Assembly (NCBI RefSeq): GCF_001194135.2
Contig: NC_068992.1
Location: forward strand, 22,874,066-22,933,728
Direction of reading: 5' to 3'
Origin: Octopus bimaculoides
Lineage: Eukaryota
Length of the DNA stretch: 59,663 bases
Under the pieces are notes generated by a model that made no database searches, was not told where the DNA came from, and saw nothing but the letters and a program-made list of their open reading frames with translations. Shown here piece by piece: positions 26,614 to 41,009 of the stretch. The translations under genes were made by a program, and so were the position numbers. Within the stretch, counting starts at the first letter, position 1, and each line of letters starts with the position of its first letter.

Positions 26614-27946
26614 TGAAACACTGGTACATTTGGCCGCGGCTCGTACACTCCTCTACATACACTTTCTGCAACTTTGCGTAGGCCTCTGGGAAGATATCAT
26701 GATAACAATATTCTCTGACATGGTTTATGATATTAATCACACTTTCATTCCAAGTACTGCTGTAATCAGCGGAAGTGAGCTCAAACATTAATAGTTAGTG
26801 CGGTAAATCGTTGCCAAGCGGCTTTACTCTGCATGCTTTAGATTCGTTACTGATACTTAGTGATCAGACCTCGTATAGGCATGTGAATTCCCACCTCTCA
26901 TTCACTATATCTAGTCTATCTATCTATCTATATATGTATGTATGCNNNNNNNNNNNNNNNNNNNNNNNNNNNNNNNNNNNNNNNNNNNNNNNNNNNNNNN
27001 NNNNNNNNNNNNNNNNNNNNNNNNNNNNNNNNNNNNNNNNNNNNNNNNNNNNNNNNTATGAACGCCATCTAGATGCATAACGTGCCACTAAGGAGCCCAG
27101 GTTGGAGTGGTTTGGCTTTCTAATAACATTTTTTTGTTTACCTGTCTATTCAAAAATCTCCTTCAGTTTAACTTTTTTCTGAATTTCTCAAACTGTAAAT
27201 ATAACTTATGGATACCACATATATGTGTGTGTGCATTTTATAAATAAGCATTCACTTTATTCCTATAACTCGAATATATATATATAACTGGAAAACTTAC
27301 TCAGTAAGACATGGGGTTGAGTTGTTAGGAAACATGTTACATCCCGAGCAGTCTCTGGGAACTTTGCGATATTTCTTTACGAGAAGCTCAATTTTTCAAG
27401 TCAAATTAGCACCGAGAGGTATTGCAGTACTTCATATGGTCTCTCATCTTCCAGCCTCACTGTCACTTAAGTGTATCACGTAGAATTCGTTTTGGTTCTC
27501 TCGTTATTCAACTAATCGCTATTATGTATTGCATTACACGTCCCATCTAGATACATGGCTACCTTCATAGCTGGTTTTTTTTCAATACTCGATTTTATAT
27601 TTACTTTAAACTTAACTTTCCTTAGTAAATGTAAATTTTACATTCAATGAGCATATCATAAAATATAACAACCATCACGAGTATAAATTGTACAATAACG
27701 GCAGGTGACTATGTCATATATTAATAATGGCAAAAACTTTTTGTTTTGAATTCCTCTTCTAGAAACGTCTAACCGTTTTATTACGCTTGTTTCATTCCAC
27801 AAAATTACAAAGGTTCATTGCAATCCACAAGAACTTACACGAACGCTTCTTAAAATTACATACCTGATACACTCGCGCATCTCAGAAATACACTGACACA
27901 GTCACACACACAAAGTCACACTCACACACACGCATACACACACATA

Positions 27947-27985
<39 letters not shown>

Positions 27986-28043
27986 GTATGAATGGATGTA
28001 TATCTGTAGCCTTAGGTATGCCTCAGTGGAAGGTAACTATGTT

Positions 28044-28085
<42 letters not shown>

Positions 28086-29011
28086 CCTAAATATCTAAGT
28101 GTGGTGAAACAAATTTAGACTTTCCGTATGGTAAGCCATGTACATTTTATTTCTTACTGTAATAATTATTCTAAAATTGTGGTATTCCTGACTATTAACA
28201 TGTCATCTAGAATGCACGAAGGCGAAACTGTAATATAACATGAATAAGTCGAGATATAATACGAGTCATAATCATTTGTAATTCTCGGGTTTGTGACGTT
28301 GTAGCCATTGAATATATCTGTGATCAGAGATATTTTTATACGCCTATTTTTACCCGAAGTAAGCTCAAAACAAGGCTGTATCATCTGAAGCGCAACGAGA
28401 TCTAGCAATCTTCTTTCCATCCGTTCAGTTTTCTTTCCATCAACTTGAATTTCAGTTAACTTCTTTCCGGTTACTTGAAACGTCCAATGAGAAATTTGTT
28501 CCAAGAGAGCGGACAATCTGATGCATGACCAGCCTACCGGGAAACAACTATGTTAAATATTTTCAATGTTCGCATTATTTACTCCATTAGTCGCTGACTT
28601 CGATAACATATTGGACGCGTTCCATCTTGCAATAAATAGGACAGTTATGTATGCGGATAGATACGTATCTAATATATTTGTTAGTTGATTTGACAGGAAT
28701 GTAGATATAATTTTACATTTTAATACACAGAGGCTGGTGTGAAAAATCCATAAGGCAGCTTTTGGTATTATATGTATTATTCACGTCTAAAATGTTAATT
28801 TATTTTACCATGGGTCGATATGAGTAACCCACATCTGTCTTGAAAATCTAATACTTATCTCTTATATCTGAAAATATCAAACAAAATATAGTCTGAATTT
28901 CTGCTTATGAATTAAAATAGATAATATTGAATAATGCATGAAAAAAATACAAATTTTTATACAAATATAGGTTTAGGAAGTGAATACAACATAAACATAA
29001 ACGACATTGTC

Positions 29012-29175
29012 AAACGAAGTGGCAGAATCGTTTAAGCGTTGGAAAAGATTACATGCAGTATTGATTTACTCCTCTTCAGTATCTAATTTCAAGACCCGCC
29101 GAGATATGTACCCCATACTGTTCTGTGCTCAATAAAATGAGTAACAAATACGTACCTGGGATTATTACAGAGGAT
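29012..29175 (+). mobile_element. Highly decayed SINE family A copy
   Basis: gtggcagaatcgtt...ttcaagacccgccgag...aataaaatgagta remnants in the expected order. Confidence 0.5.
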
Positions 29176-29463
29176 CAAATACACCTTCTGATTTTTTGTA
29201 TGATTATCCTTTATATATAAGTTTCTTATACTTCATAGTAAATGAAACGTGTCATTGTAAGTAATTAGTAACAATGAAACATTACCAACCTTCTGTCGTG
29301 ATATATATTTACTTTACAAACAATATTTGCAAAAGCCTCATTCTAGGGCGTAACCCACGCGGATATAGCAACTGCATATGGAATTAGAATACTGGAATAA
29401 ACAGATATAGTAGAAAGCTTGCAATTAAACCCTACCAAGAAAACATGTCTGTCTGTCTGTTTG

Positions 29464-29512
<49 letters not shown>

Positions 29513-29716
29513 ATTTATAAGTAATACTTGACAATTGTAAGCACCTATACACATTATATTATATTATATTATACACATGTAGAGCTTGAAACACGTGTAC
29601 CGCGGAATCCTTTGTAGATTTGTTGTTATTTTTTTCTTTTGGATTTACAATTTATATTTATAAGTATATATGTGTGTGTACATACATATATATATAGATA
29701 TAATTATATATAGATA

Positions 29717-29758
<42 letters not shown>

Positions 29759-29829
29759 GTGCTTGTGTGCTTATGGGGAGGGGGGTTATGTATATAGGTA
29801 TATATGAGTAAAGGGTGAAGAATATTGCC

Positions 29830-29945
29830 CTAGGTCATGGATGACAATGGGACTGCCCCTTGAAAGTGGCCCACAAGTCTGGGGAAGGTTGTTTTGTGGA
29901 AAACGAACAGTCGCCTATGCAGACGGTCTCCCCTCGACGATATCG
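29830..29945 (+). mobile_element. Interspersed repeat fragment, possibly RTE-type LINE untranslated region
   Basis: GC-richer block aggtcatggatgacaatggg...cacaagtctggggaaggttgttt..ggaa...cagtcgcctatgca resembles a repeat I recall from RTE-like elements; from memory only. Confidence 0.3.
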
Positions 29946-29976
29946 ATCTTATGTATATATATACACACACACACAG

Positions 29977-30010
<34 letters not shown>

Positions 30011-30049
30011 GTGTGTATATGTGTGTGGGTATGTAGGTATATATGTATA

Positions 30050-31113
30050 CACACGGACTTAATAATGCACGTATATATATATATCAGAAAAATATACTTA
30101 ATCGTCGGGAATTGTACCTGCGGGTGTTGGGTAGCACCTTTATTGGTAGAAATAAAAGTCAAAACCATTAAAACTGCAAGGAAGCACATTTTCATATACT
30201 GACAGAGGAGATAGCCGCACAGCTAGATTCATGGACTTGACTGTCGTTTTATTCTGGGCTCTTGTATCTGCTGAACAAAGATAACGAAGAAAGATGATGT
30301 ATTTAATAGTGAAAAGAACGGACATTATAGAAGCGTATATGAGAATGAGTTCTGTTATTCAAACGCGGGGAATTTTTGAAATCAAGTTTCTGAGTAGAGG
30401 ATAGCCGGCAAACAGAACGATACACAGGTTCGTTAAAATGCAGCGTATTACGGGGTTGGTGTACATCGCTTTAAAACAAAGCGTCCCTACAGGTCGAACG
30501 CCGAATGTTATTCAGGACAATCACCAAGGGATTACTCGAAGTCCATATCATGTCACATGTGTACACCAATTGAAAGTAGATGACAGAAGCAAACGAGTGA
30601 ATTATTACACAGGTCTTCTGAATAGCATTGCTAATGGTGGATTACACAAATTCCAGTATATAATAATTGGTGAGGCATGGTTTTATAATCTCGGCCACAT
30701 AAATTCGTAAAACAAACTGCAGTGGGCGGAGGAGAATACTTACGTTATGTATGAGTAGCCACTCGAAGGAAAAAAACATAGGTATTCGGTGAACTGTTTC
30801 AGGGAAAGGCATTATGGGAGGGATATTTCCTGACAATTGTTTAAACAAGAGGTCTTTAAGAACATTTTGTGCTCACCTCACTGAAGATGAAAGACAAGTG
30901 TATTTCTTCCAAAAGAACAAAGCGGTTCCATCGGGTTTTCTTCGTGGGGAGTGCAATTATTAAGTCCTTCTTCCCTTTCAACGTTTGGTTTATATCTCTG
31001 AGAACGCTTGAAGAGTATGGTTTACGAATAAAATATTTGCACATGATATAAGAATGAAGGACGATTTCATACAAGTTGTCACCGCCATTGATGCCCCTAC
31101 TTTAAACCGAGTG
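30050..31113 (+). mobile_element. IS630/Tc1/mariner-superfamily transposon remnant with DUF4817-like N-terminus
   Basis: VKRTDIIEAYMRMSSVIQTRGIFEIKF...PANRTIHRFVKMQRITGLV (DUF4817-like HTH); IIGEAWFYNLGHINS*NKLQWAEEN (FSDEAWFHL.G.VN.QN.R.W..EN); YFFQKNKAVP (FQQDGA). Weak, degenerate possible TIRs flanked by TA at 30048 and 31114. Confidence 0.85.
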
Positions 31114-33789
31114 TATATAACTATGTTTTGAGATGCACAGCTGTGTAGTGATGCTACAGGCAACGATTTTCAAAATCTTCTATGATGCTAAGTCCTTTCC
31201 TGTATATGCAAATTTATTTCTGTATTTACACTATGCTGCAGAACGCGGGTTACTTTTCCTTCCGCCACCCTATATACGTGCGTGCACGTGTATTAATATA
31301 ATGTTCTTGTCTAGATAGAATTTTACAACAAGTGTAATAATGGTCAGGTCTGATCATTTGATAAACAACAATAGCATTAAGTACTGCATTATTCGTAAGC
31401 TCACATGAAATTATAAATACCCGTAGTACGGTCAATTCCATATTTTATGTTCTTAATCTCTATATTCTATAGAGAATATACTTTTCCGAGAGACGCTTGG
31501 TAACATGATCAATTTCAATATAAAAGAAGTGCATTTCACTTTATTTATACATAAAATATACTTATCGAAATTCAAAGTATTTCAAATAAATTTTTTCATT
31601 TTTATTTTTGTGAACGGTGTGAAATTTCAAGTACAAAATATCAATTGAAGTTGAGATAAAATTGAATTTTATTGTTATGGTATATCTGCTTTCAAGAGTG
31701 CACGCCAATAAATGTAATTGATATAAAGATATACATAAAAGTATATGTTGTCACATATAAACGCATATGTGCGTTCAATGGTGACATTCTCTTTCGCATG
31801 TATGTATGTATATATCCGTAAATCTATATCTATACATAAGACAGACAGCAAGATAGAAATACCTATGTGTGTGCATATGAGCATCATATATTATATATAC
31901 TGCTGTGTTTGGTGTCGTGTAAATACAACTATTTTTCACAGAAGTAGTCCATATTGAAACAAAACGGTCAAAATATAGCAATGTAAATATTCGTGAAGTG
32001 ATAGATGTAACACATTTTGAATACTGGCAACATCATATTATACATCTGTAAATTTGAAATATCTTTTAAACATTAACCTAGAAAATAATTATTGTAAATG
32101 TAATGTAGTCATTAGTAGTCATGGGTACGAGTGAAAGAACCACACGTCCGGTATGTAGAAAAGCTTGATAGGGTGTATATTATATATGACAAAATCGACA
32201 TCACACGTAGTATAATTCCGTTGATAAAACAGAAATGATCATTGAAATTACATTAAAAGAACATTTTATGTTCTTAGTAGGGTGTAATGCTCGCTATTCA
32301 CATCTACCTATCAATGACATCGTGTTCGGGCTAAATTTCACAATGAGCAAAAAAGGGGAAACAAAGCACAGCATCCCGTCTAAAAATAAAGGTATTTTAA
32401 ACATTCACAAATCATCAACTAAATTATGGCTTTGAGATAACAATTTATTCAAAATATCAGCCCTCAGCTTCCGTCACGCCCTCGAGCTGGCTCTAGAATC
32501 TGGCGTATACGTTCCAGACTGTGTCCCTGAGAAAACCTTCGAACACATCCCTGACCATGACCAACAACTTTACCCTGGTGTTGCAACCAGAATCGTTGGT
32601 GCCTTTCTCAACTCCTATCTGCACATAAGTAATCCATGACATTACAATTTGGGGAGTTAGGAGGCCTGATTAACGGTTATAAATCGTCCTTCTCTGTAAA
32701 CGATACTGTCTTGTACTTTCAGAGACAATGAACGGGTGAGATGTCAGGTTAACTCGCTTAACATTCCAACGCAGCAAATGCTGTTCATAATTTCCTGTAC
32801 TATTGAAGGCTTTGTCATTTCGCAGTCTTGATTCAGAGGCAGATTTCCTTGACTCACATGCAAAGCAAAGAAGGCATAGGTGTTTGATCTCGAAGTTCAA
32901 CAGTAATATTTCTATAGCATCATTCCACAACCTAAATCCTTGCGCTAATGAAGCCTCAGGCCGGTCAACGAATTTATGAGTGGCATTTTAAACACAACAC
33001 TGTCTGGATGCATATCGAAAATATCGGTTTGCATTTGCGTTTGACACCAAACAGCAGTTTTAAAAATTGTTTTTAGATCTGTGAATCTCGAGGCTAAGCT
33101 TCTCAATGTGTACATAGTGAGTTCAAAAACATTATTAGGCAGAAATTTCCCTTCAGACACGAGCCGACATCTAGTGTAAACACGATAGGTGTCCTATTAT
33201 CTGACTAAAGCAATCATTTCGATTTCTCTCTACATTCTGGAATCTTTGTTCTTACCAGCGAAAATTGTAAGTTGTTGATATCATAAGAAATTAGAAAATT
33301 TCGAGGGAACGTAAAATATTTCATTTTTCGAAACGGTGGATTTCGAAGCATCGAAAATGATCAGCAATAGTATGTAAATGTTAGGTTTATAAAAATACTC
33401 TACTATACAAACATGAGCAATCGCTGTGTAGTGATAGATTTTCATAATAAATAACTGGCTGAAATAAGTGCCAGAAACGTTAAGATCGTCGATGAAAGTA
33501 GAAAGCGGTTTCCAAGCTTACTTGCCATCTTATCAGTTGTGGCAGGCAAAATTTAGAGAAAATAAATTATATGTGGGGGAATGCAATCATCTTTCCATAT
33601 TTAGTGACAAATCTCTATCGTTCATGATTTATTCTCTTTATGAACTTACGTTGTGATCATACATTTATTCAAGTTGGTCAAGTCCAGCTGTATGTTATTT
33701 CCAGAGGCTAAAACCAATAAATCATACGGCATTAAATTCTCCCCGTGTTTTTGACTCTGCTTCAATCTCTCTGTCTCTGCCTCCTTCCC

Positions 33790-34010
33790 TCTGTGTGTGT
33801 GTGTGTGTGTGTGCATGCATACATATATACATACATACCTACATACATACATACGTACATACGTACGTACATACATACATACATACATACATACATACGT
33901 ACGTACAAACATACATACATACATACATACATTTATACATACATACATACATGCATACATACAACATTTATATATATATATATGTATATATGTATATATA
34001 TATACATGTG
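33790..34010. repeat. (TG)n plus degenerate (TACA)n/(TACG)n array
   Basis: Directly visible. Confidence 0.96.
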
Positions 34011-34424
34011 TGAGTGTGTATGCGCATGCATGTAATGCATATAATGTATGTATGTATGTGTATATAAAGTGTGTAGAATATTTAAATATTTCGTACAAGT
34101 TGTGTTATATAAATAAAAAATGGATAAAAATACACAAAAATGTTAAGAGAATTATGCCAATTATTTAATGAAAAACTGAAGCGACAGAAACAAGTGTAAC
34201 AATATTAAATATTCTTTTTAGCTTGCATTACTTAACCGGTTTCGTCTATGTGTCGAGATTTTTCAAATGAATATTTTTATAGCATCGCAATATATGCACT
34301 CAACGTCTTTGCAACAAGACATAAAACTCTCTTTATCGTGGTCGCACAATATATGAATTGAAAGTATGTGTGCACTGTCGGCAATTGTTTGTTTATATAT
34401 GTATATACATATATATACATATAT

Positions 34425-34508
<84 letters not shown>

Positions 34509-34993
34509 CTATATATATATATAATTCGAGTGTAAGGCCGGAACAATGCGCAATAAATCCAAGGTAAAGTACAAGAAAACAGGTATATGAATGATTGGTG
34601 ACATTACATTTTAGAGTCTGATTTTAATTCAGCTGAAGTAAACATTATTTTTTTAGAATGATGTAAATGATTTGTTCATCTATAAAAATGTACGTGTGGA
34701 AGAGCCGTAGTGAACCTCAGTCTATGTGTGTTATGATTGATACTTCATCAAACTCCAAATCTTGCGTTGGATCTTGAGCCTAGAGTTGACCGTGGGCTGC
34801 ATGCTAGTGTACGTCCCTGTGGGATTTTACGTACACGTTGCGTATATTTGTGGATGTAAGCCTAACTAGAAGACGAAATCGTATTTACACTAGTAAGAAT
34901 ATGTGTGTCTATACGCGTTGTTGATACATGCGTAAGTTGTTCTTGACTCTACCATGGAGCTCTTACTATTAAAATACCTAACAATGCTTGCAA

Positions 34994-35047
<54 letters not shown>

Positions 35048-35879
35048 CTGTGTGCGTGTGTGTATGTGTGTGCGTGTGTGTGTGTGTGTGTGTTTATGTG
35101 TGTGTGTGTATATTCTTATATCTGCATCTGTAATTGATTATCCGACTTAAGAAAATCTGGTAGAGGTATTTTAAATTTACAGTAGGCTGCACAAGAAGTG
35201 CTTCCAAGTGTAAACAAAATATTCATTTCCGATGTAAAATAAATTCATAAACATCAACAAAACATACCGCATTAAATCCCTCTATAGTAATAAGTGGCTA
35301 ACTGAAAAAAACAAAACAAAACAAAATTTTAAAATCATTTGAAAAATTAAAAGCAAATATTTTCTTGTTAAGCTAAAATAACACGTTTCTTGGCAGTTTC
35401 CGGACCTGTGATCCTCTAAAGGGTAAAATCTGAACATCAAAAATGATATAAGGTAAAAAATAAATATAAGATGTGATAAAAACGTCCTTGTTAATAAGAA
35501 AGTGCGGTAATATTTTAGATGTTTCTTCTGCGAAACATTATTAATATTATTTTTATTACTACTGATGTTCTAAAATGTGCGTATTGAAATAATGCATTGC
35601 TTATACTTACGTTTTTGTTCCCACGCGTGTTTGTTTGTGTTAGCTGAATAGATAAAAAATATAATTTAGAAGTGAAGAAATTGATGTTTATCATTCAAAT
35701 TATCAGACGAGCAGTAGTTTGATAAGGAAGATAGAGAAAAACAACAGAGAGAGAGGAAGGAGAGAGAATGGATAGAGGCATCAGTAATCTTGCCCGTATA
35801 GCGGCTTCTGTATACATCATTTGAGTATTTATAGACGAGCAGACGCACCCTTCGCTAATCGAATATGCATTCTTTTATT

Positions 35880-36265
35880 CTTTTATTCTTTTACTTGCTT
35901 CAGTCATTTGATTGCGGCCATACTGGAGCTCCGCCTTTAGTCGAAGAAATCGCCCCCAAGACTAATTGTTTTCAGAACCACTAATGTACGAGGACGCAAA
36001 CACACAATTGCATACATACATACATATAAATACACACACACACACACATATATATATATATGTATACACACATACACACACACACACACACACACGTGCA
36101 CACACACAAACATATATATATATATATATATATACATACGACGCACTTCTTTCAGTTTCTGTCTGCCAAATCCACTCCCAAGGGTTTGGTCGGCTCGAAG
36201 GTTAGTAGAAGTTGAGATGTTAGCTTCCAACCACACAACCACGCCTGTCCCTACACCCCCCATAC
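35880..36265 (-). mobile_element. SINE family C with internal (TG)n/(TA)n tract
   Basis: Reverse copy of the element at 59196-59612: tail ttttacttgcttcagtcatttgattgcggccatactggagc and head ctttcagtttctgtctgccaaatccactc...ccacacaaccacgcc. Confidence 0.82.
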
Positions 36266-36599
36266 GTTAATTTATTCATTTTCCAAGATTCTTGATGCAA
36301 GTTCGTGTGTTGAAACAGATATTGTTGTATTTGACGATGGTCATGTTGCCAGTTTAGCCAATGAAAACACACGCACTATATATTTGGTGTTCACTTGCTT
36401 CAGCATTATTTTATATTAATTGTACTTCGGCCAGAGTTCTGTCGTCAGACTTCTGTGACTTCATTAGTGGTCCTTTGTCTTCTTTCCTTTTTGTGTCTCT
36501 TCTTACTAACGATCTGCCATTTTGTATTCCTGTTCTACGTGTCTTTATTCACGCAACGGATAAAAATACAAAAACAGAGCAAAACACAGAGAAAAAAAT

Positions 36600-37640
36600 C
36601 GAATACAACAACAACTACAACAACAGTAGAAACAGGGGGAACAGACACACAGACACACACACCCAGATAACGGTAGATACAATGACACGAATAAAAGTAG
36701 AGTCATGGGGCCTTGAGGGAGTGTAAATTTGAATGCAACAGAATTCTCGGACAGGGAGTCAGTAGACTTGAAAGAAAGAACAATGCTGCTAGGAACAGAA
36801 CAAACAAGCACAGCAGGAGGAATGGCAGGGACCAACAGACAGACATAAGAACCAACACTAATACCAACAGCACATACACCGACACCAGGTACAAGAACAA
36901 CAGGAATATCACTAGCGATAATCAGAGAGATAGTAATAGTGATAGTGGTAGTTGTAGTAATAGTCGTAATAGTGGTGGTAGTAGTAGTAGTTTCAGCAGT
37001 AGTGGTAGTAGTATTAGTAGTAGTAGTAGTGGTGGTGGTTGTAGTAGTTGCAGTAACAGTAATAGTAGAATTAATAGTAATGGCGGTTGTTCTGGTGGGG
37101 GTAGTAGCGGGAGTGATGATGGTAGCAATAATGGTGGTAGTGGTAATAGTAGTGGTAGTGAGGAGGAGAACCCTAAGTGACACCAACATGAATACCCACC
37201 CCCTTGACACTCAGCTCTTCAACATGTGACAAATCCTACAACTCTACCCTTTAACACACGGGCCTGCATCCCAAGTCATACTAGTGACCACATGGAAGCA
37301 CAAGTCACTATAGCTAGGACAAGACTTAGATTTTAGAACAATACACTAAGAGACAGAATAGGACAGAGGCCAAACAACTCGGAAATACACGCATGAGGAT
37401 CGGAAAGTCAGTATGCCTCACCACAAATAAGTCCGGCAGGATGTCGATAGATATCTTGCTGAACTACATCCAGGCAATGCAATCTCACGTCGTCCTTATC
37501 AAAGTAAAAACTTTACAGGCGCATAAAGAGTGGGAAAAGGTCCTCAACGCCCACATCATAGTGTGGGCAATAGTTCTTGGGCAATTAAATGGTGCCGTAT
37601 TGACCAAACTGACTCAGGTTACATAGCCGCAAAGAAGTAG
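36600..37640 (+). mobile_element. Probable L1/Tx1-type LINE remnant: low-complexity ORF1 tail plus start of APE endonuclease
   Basis: ORF 37393-37626 MRIGKSVCLTTNKSGRMSIDILLNYIQAMQSHVVLIKVKTL resembles an AP-endonuclease N-terminus (MRIG.LNVRG...LL......DVV.LQET.L). It is preceded by a T/E/P-rich decayed frame (EPTLIPTAHTPTPGTRTT). Confidence 0.42.
36930..37165. repeat. Degenerate (GTA/GGT/AGT)n trinucleotide tract
   Basis: Directly visible; produces poly-Thr, poly-Ser/Gly and poly-Val readings. Confidence 0.93.
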
Positions 37641-38987
37641 AGACGTGAAGGCATTACAAATCCGACAGATGTTTCTAAGAGCGCGGAGTTACTTCACACT
37701 TTTAGCCAACAACATGTAATTTGACAAATTAAGAATATATACTTCTGGTGTTTGTAGTATTTTCCGTTCTATAATGGAAATATTAATTTATTTAGTGCTG
37801 GAGACCACAAAATAATCTGATATTTTTAACTCCCTATCTCCTGGATTTGGCACACTTTACTCTTCCCGATCTTTGAAAGCATGGGAATTAAAATTATATA
37901 CGATGAGTTTCAATGGTTTTGTGGAAGACGAGAAGTTGTTGGAGTGAATTTAAATTCCAAATTCTGCATGATACAATACGTCGTTAAGATTATGAGACTG
38001 AAATCCCTTGAAAAAAAGCATTGCACTGTGTATCATCTTCCTGGAGCCATTATCCTAGAAAAACGCCGCTAAAGTAACTACTGTGACGTTCTGAAATTAT
38101 TTATTTACGTTTTGGAAATATTTATTTACAGGAATTTTAAGTACATTATTACAGTTCGTCATTTAATATTATTTTCTGCTAAAGCTAATTCGCATTTTCA
38201 AGCAAAATGGAAGAGACAATTATTAAATCTATTCTTGTTGCATATTTGAATAAATGCATATGGTTATAATATCGTATATCTTAATATGAAATATTAATAT
38301 ATGTAACGAAAACGGGCGATGAATTTTACCAAAACAAATTTCTTCGTATACACTGGAAAGCAGTGACGATTCCTATTCTTCATTAACGAATGATGCAACT
38401 TCAACATATATTAACTACTTTCAAATACCATAAATGATAGAATTTAACAATGCAATCTTCCATATTTCATATATACATTTGCTTGTAATGGAAAAAATAC
38501 TGGCATTATGTTATATGATAGGAGCTGCTAATCTTTATAAAATCTGAAATATATATTCCATAGTTATAAAAACTAATACACCGCTTCAAATCCCATAAAA
38601 TTTGATTCTTTAAAAATATATCAGCAAACGTAAAGGTGATGCTACGATTCAGTATGTCATTTAATTTTGTATTTCAATTCATAAAGTTCGACAGAATTTT
38701 AATAGCAATAACTATCCAAATGTACATTCCGTAAGCATACATATACAACACACATACACCACATATACACACACACACACACACACATACACACACGCAC
38801 ATGTACACACACAGACACACGCATTTACGCACACACACTCACATGCACAAAGAGTGAATGAATCAGTTAAATCGTATCAAATATTCTTGGGGATTCGCTC
38901 ATAAAACTCAAGCTACTGAGCTTAACATTATAACATACACACACACAAACACACACATATACACATTACATACATGACACACCCATG

Positions 38988-39021
<34 letters not shown>

Positions 39022-39514
39022 CACACACGTTCACCAAGTACAAATTGCATTCAAAGAATCAAGGGGAAAACTCTGGCTGAAGTAACGCAACGTAACAAGA
39101 CTATGCAAATGACGATACAAGACACACAAACAGTAATATTGCTGTTGCAGAGTATATAATAAACGAAAACAAATCCGAATAGTATCTGATGAGCAAAACA
39201 TTTTAATATTTTCGTATCGGTGGCATAATTTAGTCCGGGTTGCATTCGACGCTGAAGTCTAGTCTTCAGACCATATCTCGGGCATCTTGCAGATGCAAGA
39301 TATTCTTAGCCTTCTCTGTAGATAAGTTTTTCTCTGTTTTAAGCATCATTGTATAGTAAGATGTGCGCCCAATTGTATTTACACTTACCTGTATATGTTG
39401 TATATGCAGCTAATTTTTGCATTTGCCCCTGTGCCTTAAAAACAAATTAGGTGTCATTTTAAACCATACAGAATTACTGATTTCAAATTTTTGGCATACA
39501 GCTATCATTTTCAA

Positions 39515-40133
39515 TGAAGGGATAATTCAATTGTATCGAGGCTAGTGTTCAACTGGTTATCATTTTATTGACCTCGAAAGAATAACAGGCAAAGTCGACC
39601 TCGTTAGAATTTCAGACCAGAATATAACTGGACGAAATGCCGCTCAGAATTTTGCCAAGCGTACTGAAGATTCTGCTCTCTCTCCACCTTAGTAACCATA
39701 GCTATACTGAAATATTGTTTGCAAATTCTGGCAGAATGCCACCAATTTTTTCGGAATGTGAAAATCGATCGCATCTACCACAACTCTTACCTGGTGCCTA
39801 TTTTGTGACCTCTAGAGAACGAAAGACAAAGTCGACCTCGGTGGAATTTGAAAACAGTACGTAAAAACAGACGAAATGCCGCTAATCATTTTACCGATTT
39901 TCACCGCTTTAAAATACTGAAATATTTATTTTTTTATGGCCCACAGGGGCTAAATATAGAGGGTACAAACAAGGACAGACAAAGGGATATCGACACCAGT
40001 GCGTAACTTGTACTTATTTTAATCGAGCCCAAAACGATGAAAAGCAAAGTCGACTTCGGCGGAACTTGAACTCAAAACATAAAGCCAGAAACATGTCCGG
40101 CGTGCTAACGATTCTGCCAGCTCACCGCCTTCC
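39515..40133 (-). mobile_element. Tandem trimer of SINE family A
   Basis: Three consecutive reverse copies (about 39515-39690, 39721-39910, 39930-40133), each with the caaagtcgac.tcg core. Confidence 0.85.
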
Positions 40134-41009
40134 TGTACANNNNNNNNNNNNNNNNNNNNNNNNNNNNNNNNNNNNNNNNNNNNNNNNNNNNNNNNNNNNN
40201 NNNNNNNNNNNNNNNNNNNNNNNNNNNNNNNNNNNNNNNNNNNNNNNNNNNNNNNNNNNNNNNNNNNNNNNNNNNNNNNNNNNNNNNNNNNNNNNNNNNN
40301 NNNNNNNNNNNNNNNNNNNNNNNNNNNNNNNNNNNNNNNNNNNNNNNNNNNNNNNNNNNNNNNNNNNNTATATATATATATATGGATGTATGTACAGGTG
40401 TGTTTGAGTGTTTGAATATATAGCTATGTTAATTTATCGTTTATTGAACATCGTGGAGATAGATGTGACACTCATTGAACTGATGTACATTTCCATTGTA
40501 CGAATAACATACACCAGACTATCAAACCTAAAACATCGCTTATCAGCTCGGAAATTGCGTCTCAATCATATTTCAACGAAGATAGGCTTGAATGGGAGGA
40601 GACTCGCATCATAAATGCTTGAGAAATGGTGCATGCCTGAGGATATGCACTGTTTTGATTTATCGCATTGGTCAATATTTGAGAATATATACGCTACTAT
40701 TCAAGAGCGAATCGTATTAAAAGTTTTGAATTTTATACCTTGTCAATTGAATTGATAGTGGAATGTGTTCCATCACTGAAATGCGTTTTTTAACACAATT
40801 TTTTTTTTTAAATCAAGTTTTGAAACTTTTGTGCTTGATGTGCATAGTGTTAACGTAATATAACAGAAAAAAATTGTTTCAGAAGCTGTCACCTTTCTAT
40901 ATATATATCTAAACGATATATGAAGCACTCTTCTGATTATTGGACAGATATTCGTGTCTGATTAGCGGAAATTAGAGCACTGTAATATGACAGTTACGTG
41001 CAAACTTTC

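Noticed and set aside
32575-32615. Minus-strand ELRKAPTILVATPG resembling DEAD-box helicase motif Ib
   Set aside because: Isolated 14 residues flanked by stops, poor acceptor, and no other helicase motif nearby
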